Positions 38,751-47,478 of a stretch of DNA of 64,000 bases are shown here, in pieces. The notes below the pieces were generated by a model. It worked only from the letters and a program-made list of their open reading frames with translations, searched no databases and was not told where the DNA came from. The stretch lies in IMG/VR virus record IMGVR_UViG_3300048854_000232, positions 32,618 through 96,617 of that record. One strand, given 5' to 3'. Source of the DNA: a virus. The translations under genes and the position numbers were made by a program. Within the stretch, counting starts at the first letter, position 1. Every line of letters begins with the position of its first letter.

Positions 38751-39512
38751 ATGACAGCGGTACGTACCTCCGAAGACGATCTGCGGGCTTACTTCGCCCT
38801 GCTACCCAAAGAAGTCGCCTCGGAACTCACCCCGGTGCGTGCATCGAAGATGGCTTTCCCGTACCTGTACCACATCAGCAAAGACACCAAGATCGAACGC
38901 TTCGCCCCGACCGTGACCAAGCGCAGTCTGGATGGCGAGGATCGCTCGGTGCCCCGGATCTGCACCGCGCCCTCGTTGGCTGGCTGTATCCTGGGTTACG
39001 CTTCGGACCTGCATGACTTCATGAACCGTCCCACCTGCATGAGCGGTGATGGGGAGCGGAAGGTGAAGTTTGCCGGTGGCTGGGCGATCTACGGCATCCC
39101 GTTCGAGTTTGCCCTGGTACCCTCCAAGAAGCTCCTGCCGGATGTGGCCAAGACCCAGGAACATTGGCTGGTCAACTACTCCCCGGAGCGGGTGACCTAC
39201 GAAGCCGAACTGCTGGGTAAGTTCTACTACGAAAGCGTGATGCATCTGGCGGGTAAGGGTGAACCGGCCACCGTGATCGAGATGGTGGTGGAAGTCTTAA
39301 CCGAGACCCCGATCGTCTTTGATCGGAAGACCACGTTGACCAAGGGCTACTGGAAACTCACCGTGGCGGGCATGCATCAGTCCGAACGTTGGGACAAGAT
39401 TCCCGTGGTCAAACGCGAGCCCATGGAGGAGAAGTCCTACACCGCCTCCAAGCAGCTCATTGCCAGCTTCCTGAGCTTCGAGCAGTACGCCCCACCCTCG
39501 GCAGCCTGGTAA
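38751..39512 (+). CDS. Hypothetical protein (gp174-like position), candidate ADP-ribosyltransferase-like fold
   Basis: ATG at 38751; YLYHIS, PRICTAPS, GWAIY and TQEHWL motifs; the fold call is inference. Confidence 0.65.
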   Translation: MTAVRTSEDDLRAYFALLPKEVASELTPVRASKMAFPYLYHISKDTKIERFAPTVTKRSLDGEDRSVPRICTAPSLAGCILGYASDLHDFMNRPTCMSGDGERKVKFAGGWAIYGIPFEFALVPSKKLLPDVAKTQEHWLVNYSPERVTYEAELLGKFYYESVMHLAGKGEPATVIEMVVEVLTETPIVFDRKTTLTKGYWKLTVAGMHQSERWDKIPVVKREPMEEKSYTASKQLIASFLSFEQYAPPSAAW

Positions 39513-39521
39513 CGTCAAAAC

Positions 39522-39543
39522 GCCCCTCCCGTTTGGGAGGGGC
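39522..39543 (+). terminator. Intrinsic terminator
   Basis: GCCCCTCCC-gttt-GGGAGGGGC followed by tttatgccgg. Confidence 0.8.
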
Positions 39544-39603
39544 TTTATGCCGGTGCTTTTTTATCGAGGACCCACCTGCTATGACCTACAGGGGTATTTT
39601 TCG

Positions 39604-40959
39604 ATGGACACATTTGATCACCTTTACACGCAGTACATGGCGCTCTCCAAGGCGAACCCTGTGCTGGGGGCGGGCTTGGCGTTGTATGTCGCCGGTGCCG
39701 TGACCTTTTTCTTTCGCAGCACCCCGGCCAAGATTGGCCGGTTCCTCTACCGGCAGGCCACGACCACACTGACCTTGACCAACGCCGGGCAGGGTCTGGC
39801 CTCGGAGAACTTCGATGCGTTCTCCAAATGGTTCCTCCAACGCGATGGGGCCAGTTACATTCGCAACTTCCAGCTGGACGGCTCCTGGCATAAAGGCGGG
39901 GCTGTGTTGGGCGCAGGCAATGGCGCGGTCAATTTCTTCTGGTGGCGTAAGCGACTGTTTTGGATGACGCGTAAGCGCCTGGAGCAGAATCAGGGCAGCT
40001 ACCAGATCAACTACGAGGTGACGGTCACGATGCTGGGCCGGTCCTCGGCGATCATCCGGGACATGGTGGCCGACTTCCGCTATAAGCCCAGTGCTGAGGA
40101 GCTCTCGGTCTACGGTTTTGATGATGGCTGGGAACGGCGGGCTCGTGTGGGCTTGCGTAAGCTCAAGACCGTGATGGCCAGCACAGCACTCAAAGGTCAG
40201 TTGATGGAAGACATCGAGTTCTTCCGGGATAACGCCAGCTGGTATCTAGACCGGGGGCTGGCCCACAAGAAGACCTTCGTGCTCTACGGACCGCCGGGTA
40301 CGGGCAAGACCAGCTTGATCAAGGCCTTCGCGTCGTTCTATGGATTCAACGTCTGCATCATCAACCTGGGCCATGTGTCTGATCGTCAGTTGGAAAAGGC
40401 GATTGCGACGATGCCGGAGAATTCGATCCTGGTCTTTGAAGACTTCGATTCGACCTCGGCGACCAAGGTACGCCGCGCGGCCAAACCAAAAGTCGCTGAC
40501 GCACCGGCGCTACCGGTTGAACCGTTGGGCATGCTCTCCTCTACCGCGGCGCTCAGGGCCGCCACACCCGGACGCCTCGACGCGCCCGCCGCCGGTGGGG
40601 AGGAGACTTTCTTCTCCATGCTGACGCTCTCGGGTCTGCTGAACACCCTGGACGGACTGATCGGGCTGGACGGAAAGCTGGTCTTCATGACCACCAACCA
40701 TCTGGACAACATCGATTCGGCTGTGATCCGTGCGGGTCGAGTGGATCACATCTACGAGGTGGCTGAGCTTCACCAGCCTGAGATCGAAGATTACATCCGG
40801 CTGATGTTCCCGGAAACGCCAGTACCGGAAGGTCTGGCGTTTGAGAAGATCCTGGGCTGTAACTTGCAGGCCCTGTATTTCAAGCATCACCGGAGTGTGG
40901 ATGCGTTTATCGATGCGATCCCCAAGTGCCGGGAACTGCACCTGGTCGCTAGTAATTGA
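39604..40959 (+). CDS. BCS1-like AAA+ ATPase with N-terminal membrane anchor
   Basis: TM segment VLGAGLALYVAGAVTFFF; Walker A GPPGTGKT; Walker B ILVFED; LSGLLNTLDG and MTTNH...IRAGRVD. Confidence 0.85.
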   Translation: MDTFDHLYTQYMALSKANPVLGAGLALYVAGAVTFFFRSTPAKIGRFLYRQATTTLTLTNAGQGLASENFDAFSKWFLQRDGASYIRNFQLDGSWHKGGAVLGAGNGAVNFFWWRKRLFWMTRKRLEQNQGSYQINYEVTVTMLGRSSAIIRDMVADFRYKPSAEELSVYGFDDGWERRARVGLRKLKTVMASTALKGQLMEDIEFFRDNASWYLDRGLAHKKTFVLYGPPGTGKTSLIKAFASFYGFNVCIINLGHVSDRQLEKAIATMPENSILVFEDFDSTSATKVRRAAKPKVADAPALPVEPLGMLSSTAALRAATPGRLDAPAAGGEETFFSMLTLSGLLNTLDGLIGLDGKLVFMTTNHLDNIDSAVIRAGRVDHIYEVAELHQPEIEDYIRLMFPETPVPEGLAFEKILGCNLQALYFKHHRSVDAFIDAIPKCRELHLVASN

Positions 40960-41022
40960 ACCATTTTCAAATCCTTACTATAGATGGGTACAACCTAACC
41001 CATCCACAGGAGATGTGAAACG

Positions 41023-41475
41023 ATGAGCAAAATCACCCGTTCGGCCAGCACCGATCTGATTCACGAGTTCTGCCAGCAGTTGGCCCGCTACCACCTTCCG
41101 GTGGAGGTCATCAACCAACCGAGCTTTGCGCTTCGCACGCTGCACGATACACTCGCCAAAGGACACGGGCCGCTGACTGTAGCGGAACGCGGGCAGGTCC
41201 AGGTCATCAAGCACTACTACGAGGCTCTGCTCTCGAAGAAGCCGACGGGTAGCCCGCAGGATCTTCGTCCCCGTGCCACCACCTGCATGCTCGAATGTGC
41301 AGCAGCGCTGCAGGTCCTGGGTGAGGATCCGACCGGCAACGTATCCAAGGCCATCAAGGGCGCCAAGCGTCGCGTGGCGGACAGCGAGCGGCGTTTCAAG
41401 GGGAAGGCCGACGTGCCGCGTGGATACCACAACACCTGGGCGACACCCGGTGCATCGCCGGAGCTTCCCGCATGA
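41023..41475 (+). CDS. Hypothetical protein
   Basis: 150 aa, AGGAG RBS. Confidence 0.8.
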   Translation: MSKITRSASTDLIHEFCQQLARYHLPVEVINQPSFALRTLHDTLAKGHGPLTVAERGQVQVIKHYYEALLSKKPTGSPQDLRPRATTCMLECAAALQVLGEDPTGNVSKAIKGAKRRVADSERRFKGKADVPRGYHNTWATPGASPELPA

Positions 41476-41891
41476 GCGGTTGGGCCGGTGATGGCGGCGG
41501 TCTGACCTCTCTGAAGTCCAAGGACTACCTGAAGCCCGACTGGGCTCAGGCGAACGATCCGCTCAACTGGCAGCATTACATCGCGCCGGCGGTGCGGGAG
41601 GTCTGGAAAGACTTTGGCCTGTCCTTACAGCGCATGCTGGCCAAAAACGCCCAGCTCCTGGCGAACCGGGCGCGGCTGGAACTGACCTCGGACATGGAGG
41701 GCTTCCAGTTCACTGAGAGTGATCGGGAGTCAGCCCTCACACCCGAGTGGGATCTGGTGGGTCGGGTCCACGACTGGCGGAACTACATCGCCAAGGAAAC
41801 CCAGGCGAACTGGGAACGGATCCCTTTGCTGGGTCGCATCCTGCTGGTCCAGATGGCGGACCGCATGGCCGAAGGCGAGCATTGGGATTAG
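41472..41891 (+). CDS. Hypothetical protein with two internally duplicated Trp-rich modules
   Basis: PDW..ANDPLNWQHYIA..VREVWKDF versus PEW..VGRVHDWRNYIA..TQANWERI. Confidence 0.8.
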   Translation: MSGWAGDGGGLTSLKSKDYLKPDWAQANDPLNWQHYIAPAVREVWKDFGLSLQRMLAKNAQLLANRARLELTSDMEGFQFTESDRESALTPEWDLVGRVHDWRNYIAKETQANWERIPLLGRILLVQMADRMAEGEHWD

Positions 41892-41913
41892 ATCTAAATC
41901 GATTTCAAACGCA

Positions 41914-41919
41914 TATTAC
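41914..41919 (+). promoter_or_regulatory. Possible phiKZ-type early promoter -10 (TATTAC)
   Basis: TATTAC in an AT-rich intergenic segment ahead of a strongly codon-biased gene; a hexamer alone is weak evidence. Confidence 0.35.
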
Positions 41920-42056
41920 CCTCTTGTCATGAGAGCTAACGCTCCTGTGACTGCGCAGTTCACAGTGGAAAAGTCCAGTGAATTCTTACACTCCACGGTG
42001 TAGGGTATGCTGGCAGACACCTTTATCGATCATTCATGAACCAGGAAACAATCGCA

Positions 42057-42530
42057 ATGGCAACGACCCAGACCAACGAGCTGAAGCTCAACGACTCGAT
42101 CCTCAAGCTCGCCGCTGAGATCAAGAAGGACATCACCATCGGCGACGGCGGCGCGATCGTCCTGGACAAGGGCTTCTACGAGAAGCACCTTCCCGAGAAC
42201 CTGTCCATGACCCAGGTCAAGGACGTGCAGACCCACAACTCGAACATCATCGCCGCAGCCACCCTCGCCCTGGGCGAAGTCGGCCTGCCGCACCTGAAGA
42301 AGCACAAGGACCTCGACACGATCTCGCTCGCCTTCGGCGTCGGCAAGGACAAGGTCCAGGCCCAGCTCAAGCGTGAAGTGCAGGTTCCGGACGGCCTGGG
42401 CAAGGGCGGCATGCGCACCAAGCATGGCGTGATCAGCGCCAACTACAAGGTCCACGCCTCCGGCAACGTCGGCGACTTCAAGAAGGTCCGCGAGCACATC
42501 GCCGCGGAAGGCTCGAAGATCTGGGGCTAA
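42057..42530 (+). CDS. Hypothetical protein, probably highly expressed
   Basis: AGGAAA RBS, extreme codon bias, followed by long hairpin GAAGGGAGCACG...CGTGCTCCCTTC and a T tract. Confidence 0.85.
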   Translation: MATTQTNELKLNDSILKLAAEIKKDITIGDGGAIVLDKGFYEKHLPENLSMTQVKDVQTHNSNIIAAATLALGEVGLPHLKKHKDLDTISLAFGVGKDKVQAQLKREVQVPDGLGKGGMRTKHGVISANYKVHASGNVGDFKKVREHIAAEGSKIWG

Positions 42531-42628
42531 GCCCTGCCCGGCGGGTTTGAAGGGAGCACGAGGTCTTCATAGACCCGTGCTCCCTTCGAATCACGCACTT
42601 TTTTTATGTAACCGAAGGAACCTACCCG

Positions 42629-42820
42629 ATGGCACTGCCACCGATCCACTGTCTGGTCTGCGGTAAGGCGGGTCAGTACGGTGACGTAGGACTGCGTGGT
42701 TGGCGGATGGCTGCTAACCGAATGGGCGGCTATACCTGTAGTCCAGTCTGCGATGATGTGATCACCGCTTACGACAAGGCTCAGAAAGACGCGAAGAAGA
42801 GTGCCTCCAAGAAGGACTGA
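42629..42820 (+). CDS. Small Zn-finger-like protein
   Basis: CLVC ... CSPVC; AAGGA RBS. Confidence 0.7.
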   Translation: MALPPIHCLVCGKAGQYGDVGLRGWRMAANRMGGYTCSPVCDDVITAYDKAQKDAKKSASKKD

Positions 42821-42823
42821 TCG

Positions 42824-43195
42824 ATGCGAATCCTTACGTTGTCTCAGTTCCGGCAAATGCCTGAAGGGACACTGTTTCACAAGTACCAACCCTGCGCGAT
42901 GGATAACGACGGTCTTGGTATCTTCCACGGCGCCTGCGGTGAAGACGACTTCATCGCCGAGTACCCGATGGACCATCACAGCGAAGGCGAGAGCCGCGGC
43001 GTCGTCGTGCAGGATCTGGACCCGACCATCACCCCCATGGGGGAGTCCGTTCCGGTGGCTTTTGGCGGGCACATCATCCGCGACGCTTACCATAACCCGA
43101 ATCAGTTGTTTGCGGTATGGGAGCCCAGCGATATCGAGATCTTCATCGCCTACCTCCGCCAGCTCCAGGCGCAGGCAGTCGTACCCACTGCTTAA
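42824..43195 (+). CDS. Hypothetical protein
   Basis: 123 aa, AAGGA RBS. Confidence 0.75.
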   Translation: MRILTLSQFRQMPEGTLFHKYQPCAMDNDGLGIFHGACGEDDFIAEYPMDHHSEGESRGVVVQDLDPTITPMGESVPVAFGGHIIRDAYHNPNQLFAVWEPSDIEIFIAYLRQLQAQAVVPTA

Positions 43196-43206
43196 AGGAG
43201 ACTACC

Positions 43207-43572
43207 TTGGATCTGTTCACAGCACAAATGTCGAAGCGCAGTGAAGCCTGGCGCCACGATATCGTCTTCGTGGACACCACGGTCAAGTCCGGCGTCAAGA
43301 TGTTCGCTCCGACCTGGGCGATGGTGCTCGGGTTGAAAGGTGGCGAGTACTCAGAAGAAGAGTACACCGTCATGTACAAGCAGCTGATGCGGGAAAGCTT
43401 CCAGAAGGACCGGGTCAAGTGGCTCACCTTCCTGAAAGAGAAAGACCGGCTGGCCATTGCGTGCTACTGCGCCAAGGGCGAGTTCTGTCACCGCTACCTG
43501 CTGAAGGACATCTTCCAGGCGATCTGCGAGAAAGAAGGTATCCCCTTCGAATATTACGGCGAACTGGAATAA
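43207..43572 (+). CDS. DUF488-like protein
   Basis: AAGGAG before TTG at 43207; FAPTW motif and LAIACYC....CHR motif. Confidence 0.6.
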   Translation: MDLFTAQMSKRSEAWRHDIVFVDTTVKSGVKMFAPTWAMVLGLKGGEYSEEEYTVMYKQLMRESFQKDRVKWLTFLKEKDRLAIACYCAKGEFCHRYLLKDIFQAICEKEGIPFEYYGELE

Positions 43573-43591
43573 CCTCAAGCAGGAAGAGATC

Positions 43592-43987
43592 ATGCACGTA
43601 CGACTGCGCACCAAGCACACCCAAGCCGTTCAGTTCGTCGGTTGGTTCCAGGACGATGAGCGCTGCTGCATCCCGAGGTTTAAGCACGGGATCATCGAGT
43701 CGGTTTCGACCGACTACCCGAACTGGCTGAGACCGGCCACGCGGGCCCTGTTCGAACAGCCTTACGAAACCGACGGCCTGGGCAACAAGCGCCTGCTCAC
43801 CCCGTCTCCGTTCGAAGTCTGGCGAATCATTAACCACAAGGATCCGGAACTCTGGGTCGGTGGTACCGGCGAGCTCTTGAAGCTGAAGGAAGGCGACTGG
43901 CTGGTCTATAGCCATCCCAACTCGCTTCGTAGCTTCGATAACGGCCAGTTCACGGCCCTGTTCGTCGCCGCACCTGAAATCGAATAA
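43592..43987 (+). CDS. Hypothetical phage protein
   Basis: 131 aa; AVQF and EGDWLV pattern seen in small phage proteins. Confidence 0.75.
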   Translation: MHVRLRTKHTQAVQFVGWFQDDERCCIPRFKHGIIESVSTDYPNWLRPATRALFEQPYETDGLGNKRLLTPSPFEVWRIINHKDPELWVGGTGELLKLKEGDWLVYSHPNSLRSFDNGQFTALFVAAPEIE

Positions 43988-44041
43988 CAACAAGATCGAC
44001 CCAAACACACAAACGCAACCGCAATGCCCGGAGAACGTGTT

Positions 44042-44512
44042 ATGTCTGAACCCAAAGCCTGCGCCGCCTCGCGCATGTTCCGCGTCAACAACATCGAGTC
44101 CTTCGTCGAGGGGCTCAACCAGGTCGAAGGTCTGAATGTTCAGATCGTGGAAACGACCGAGAACCCGAACGATCCGAAAGTGTACCTGTACTCCGACGAC
44201 GGCTTCTGGCCCACGGAGATCTTCGATGGCCCCATCGAGGTCCGTGAAGAACTGGAAGCGGCCTTTGCCGGTCCGCCCGAGCCGGGCGAAGCCATCGAAG
44301 GGGTGCGGGCGTTCGACGTGGTCGACTACGTGTCGGGCCATCTGAAAGAAGGCGAGATCGCCATCTTCGAGCAAGTGAGCTTCCAGGGCATCGATTCCCT
44401 GGCTGCGATTTCTCAGGCGGTGAACCCCGCCGGGAAACGGATCTCCTACTCGCTGGACGACTTCGCCGACCGCGCCGTCGAAGAGCTCGGCGGAAATCGT
44501 GATAACCTTTAA
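44042..44512 (+). CDS. Hypothetical acidic phage protein
   Basis: ATG at 44042 with GGAG RBS. Confidence 0.8.
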   Translation: MSEPKACAASRMFRVNNIESFVEGLNQVEGLNVQIVETTENPNDPKVYLYSDDGFWPTEIFDGPIEVREELEAAFAGPPEPGEAIEGVRAFDVVDYVSGHLKEGEIAIFEQVSFQGIDSLAAISQAVNPAGKRISYSLDDFADRAVEELGGNRDNL

Positions 44513-44532
44513 GTGAAGTTGTAGGTGCGAGC

Positions 44533-45183
44533 ATGACGCTGATCGTGACACATAACGGCTACCTGGCCGTGGACTCCATTCGGTACGGCATCACACGGAA
44601 CGATGCCAATGGCGCTACCAAGCGTCGCCGGGTGCTGAGCAACAATGTCAACAAGTTGGTGATCCCAACCAACGAAGTACTGTTTCAGAATCAGCGCGTG
44701 CTCGCGATCGCTCGGTGCGGGACCTTGGGCCTGACCTCTCAGGTTGCCGAGGACATCCTCAACCAAGGGGATTTGGCGTTCTTGCATGCCAACCGCGTCG
44801 ATCGCTCCATCTATAAACCTCACTGGACCGGTAAGGTCGTGGTGTTGACCGACGTAAGTGCCTGGGAAGTCCGAGCGCGAGCGCAAGATCGGATGGACAT
44901 TCGCATCACCGATCTAAAAGACCAGCCCTATGCAACCGGCACGGGGTGCCAGATCGCCATCTACTTGATGAAGTGGATGAGCGTCAAACCCATCGACGCG
45001 TTGAATGCCTCGATGTTGGATCGCAGCGAAGAAGGCAATCGGGTCCGTTACGTCAATCGTAAAAAAGACGGCAGCCTGACCCAACCGCGGATCTACAAAC
45101 AGGATCCGGATCGCACCAAATTAAAAATGGCCCAGCATCTGCTGGAGCAAGTCCACGATAGCCGGTTTGTGAGAGGATCATGA
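44533..45183 (+). CDS. Proteasome-beta/HslV-like Ntn-hydrolase candidate
   Basis: N-terminal (M)TLIV....YLAVDS, downstream NK, AxxG and YATGTG..A motif. Confidence 0.55.
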   Translation: MTLIVTHNGYLAVDSIRYGITRNDANGATKRRRVLSNNVNKLVIPTNEVLFQNQRVLAIARCGTLGLTSQVAEDILNQGDLAFLHANRVDRSIYKPHWTGKVVVLTDVSAWEVRARAQDRMDIRITDLKDQPYATGTGCQIAIYLMKWMSVKPIDALNASMLDRSEEGNRVRYVNRKKDGSLTQPRIYKQDPDRTKLKMAQHLLEQVHDSRFVRGS

Positions 45184-45806
45184 ACGAGGAAGCACTTAAA
45201 GACGCGGAGCGCGAACTGGGCACGGACCTGCTCTACCGGATCAATACCTTGATTGGATCTGGCATGCTGTTCGGTGACATCATCGATCGCTTGGCCTCCG
45301 TGAAGGAAATTACCACGCACGATCTGGGCGTTGCCCGGTCCTGGTGGGCCAGACAGCTCCCCACAGGCCCTATGCGGCTCTTAGCGCGGCGTTTACCGCT
45401 GCTGCTTAGCTCGGACTTCATTCGCTTCGCGCGGGCCAAGACGAGCGTCCTGGAGGCCAACGAGAGGTTCCGACCGTACATCCGGATGTTTGCCGGAAAC
45501 ATCCTGCCCCCGATCACCGGGCCTGAACTGGACGACCTGCGCGCAATCGTCAACAGCACCGGCTACACCACGCCTGTCCTGACCAACCCGTGGGCCTGCC
45601 TGGTTTTCTACGCGCTGCATTACCATGGCCAACACAAGACGGTACCGGAGTCGCTCGATCACGCCTGTCAGCGGTTTCAGTTCTGGCTGGCTCGGGAAGT
45701 GGGTTCGCTGAAGCTGTCGTACGAGCCGCATTACAAAACGTTCTTTGTCCAGTACATCCGCTGGCTGGAGCATCACAACCCTCTCGACCAAAGGAAACGG
45801 AACTAA
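45180..45806 (+). CDS. Hypothetical protein
   Basis: 208 aa, coupled by ATGA overlap. Confidence 0.7.
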   Translation: MNEEALKDAERELGTDLLYRINTLIGSGMLFGDIIDRLASVKEITTHDLGVARSWWARQLPTGPMRLLARRLPLLLSSDFIRFARAKTSVLEANERFRPYIRMFAGNILPPITGPELDDLRAIVNSTGYTTPVLTNPWACLVFYALHYHGQHKTVPESLDHACQRFQFWLAREVGSLKLSYEPHYKTFFVQYIRWLEHHNPLDQRKRN

Positions 45807-46651
45807 TGCCCTTTAACGCAATCAGCCGGCGCTCCCACAAAGCCAGCGCTGAGCTGGTGAAGCAGTACTCGGAGATCCTTCACCAGGCCCGCGCTCATCC
45901 GTACTTCACGTACGTCGAGTTGGAGTCCATGCGTAAGGTGCCCAAAGACCGTCGTCCACTGTTCAAGCTGCTGAAGGATGTGCCGGCCAAGGAAGCAGGG
46001 CTGAAGGTCTATGCCCGTCAGAACGTGGACTCCGACTTCCTGGACCTCCTCACCTTCGAGCACTTGAGCGATATCCTCCACGGCTTGGATCTGCATCCGG
46101 GCTATCAGTACTCCATGATCAACGCCAACCTGACGGGCGGCAATGAGAACTTCTGTTACCCCGAAGGTGAGGGCTGGCTCTTCCGTCCGTTCTACCATGT
46201 GCCCAAGGACGCCGAACACGGTGGTCCGGTGCTGGTCAGCGATAACCACCTGACCATTCGACTGTACCGACTCACGCCGGAAGGGGAGCAGGACGGTGCG
46301 GTGGACGGTAAGCCGATTCGTCGGATGTCCTACGCTGCGCACATGGGCCGCCCCCATCGCCACCCGCGCAAGGTGAGTCTGAGCCTGCTCCAGGCGATGA
46401 TGGCTACCGGCACGATGCAGTACGCGGTGAAACTGCCGCCTCACAACGAGGTGTACGTGGTCTGCGGGGACAGCAAGCGGACCGAGACCCATTGGACGCT
46501 CAGCACACTCCAGGCGACGTTTAACCTGTACTCGTTCAAAGCGCCCAAGGTCGACGTCGGCCAGAGCCTCGACACGGCCATTCAGTCGGGAGCCACAGCA
46601 GACGAGAACGGTGGGATCGTCGAGACCATGTTTAAGTCCATCAACAAGTAA
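45806..46651 (+). CDS. Hypothetical protein
   Basis: TAATG overlap, ATG at 45806, 281 aa. Confidence 0.75.
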   Translation: MPFNAISRRSHKASAELVKQYSEILHQARAHPYFTYVELESMRKVPKDRRPLFKLLKDVPAKEAGLKVYARQNVDSDFLDLLTFEHLSDILHGLDLHPGYQYSMINANLTGGNENFCYPEGEGWLFRPFYHVPKDAEHGGPVLVSDNHLTIRLYRLTPEGEQDGAVDGKPIRRMSYAAHMGRPHRHPRKVSLSLLQAMMATGTMQYAVKLPPHNEVYVVCGDSKRTETHWTLSTLQATFNLYSFKAPKVDVGQSLDTAIQSGATADENGGIVETMFKSINK

Positions 46652-46661
46652 CGGCATAGAG

Positions 46662-46683
46662 AAGAGGAGCTTCGGCTCCTCTT
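46662..46683 (+). terminator. Intrinsic terminator with UUCG loop
   Basis: AAGAGGAGC-TTCG-GCTCCTCTT. Confidence 0.8.
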
Positions 46684-46708
46684 TTGTGCCCTTAGTGAGT
46701 GTGTCTTC

Positions 46709-47410
46709 ATGAAACCTACCCCTGCCGATGTGCGCGCCCACGATACCTTCGTTAAGTTCATGCAGGACATTGCCATCAGTCCCGTAGCGCTAGGTGCGGT
46801 GGATAATCCCCGCTGCATCAAATTGCTCTTGGAGGCATACGAGAATCTGTGGTTGGTCTTGAACGAGAATCTAGTTGATGACACGGGATGGAGTATGTTC
46901 CAGTTCCTGCGCGCCACCTTGTCTCGACACCTGGACACAGAAACCAACAAGCCTGTGGGGTTAACGCTCGATATTTTGTTCACCCTCGTGACGACTCTCC
47001 TTCCTAAGAAGCTGGCAGAGGAGCGTGCATGGACGGAGGATATCATCCTCTCCCTGCAAGAATTTCAAACCACGGCTAAGCTTAAGGAACTCGACTCCTA
47101 CCACCTGGTGGATCGGGAAGAAGCAGCGTTAGAGTGGACCACCTACCGGATGATGCCGACAGAAGATGTCGACGGGGCCAAGTCCTCGCCCATCCTCGAA
47201 GCGTTGATCGGTGGACTGTGGGAGCGTTTCATCGATTCGAACCCGGAGGATCGTCTGTTCATCCGCCATTTCGAAGGGAATGACTATCCGCCCTTTGAAG
47301 TGATGGCCCTCAATGACAAGGGACAATCGCTGCACTTCATCTATCAGCGTGGCAGCATCGGAGCGCTGTACGAAGAAGCGGAAGAGGTGGTCAAGGCACG
47401 AACGGTCTAA
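46709..47410 (+). CDS. Hypothetical protein, lower-GC codon usage
   Basis: 233 aa ORF ending at a bidirectional terminator. Confidence 0.7.
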   Translation: MKPTPADVRAHDTFVKFMQDIAISPVALGAVDNPRCIKLLLEAYENLWLVLNENLVDDTGWSMFQFLRATLSRHLDTETNKPVGLTLDILFTLVTTLLPKKLAEERAWTEDIILSLQEFQTTAKLKELDSYHLVDREEAALEWTTYRMMPTEDVDGAKSSPILEALIGGLWERFIDSNPEDRLFIRHFEGNDYPPFEVMALNDKGQSLHFIYQRGSIGALYEEAEEVVKARTV

Positions 47411-47419
47411 GCGGCAAAA

Positions 47420-47449
47420 AGCCAGGAGCCCTTTGCGGGGCTCCTGGCT
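47420..47449. terminator. Bidirectional terminator
   Basis: AGCCAGGAGCCC-tttgcg-GGGCTCCTGGCT between convergent genes. Confidence 0.8.
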
Positions 47450-47478
47450 CGGGTCTTGCTTTTTTTGCTTCCTCGCGA

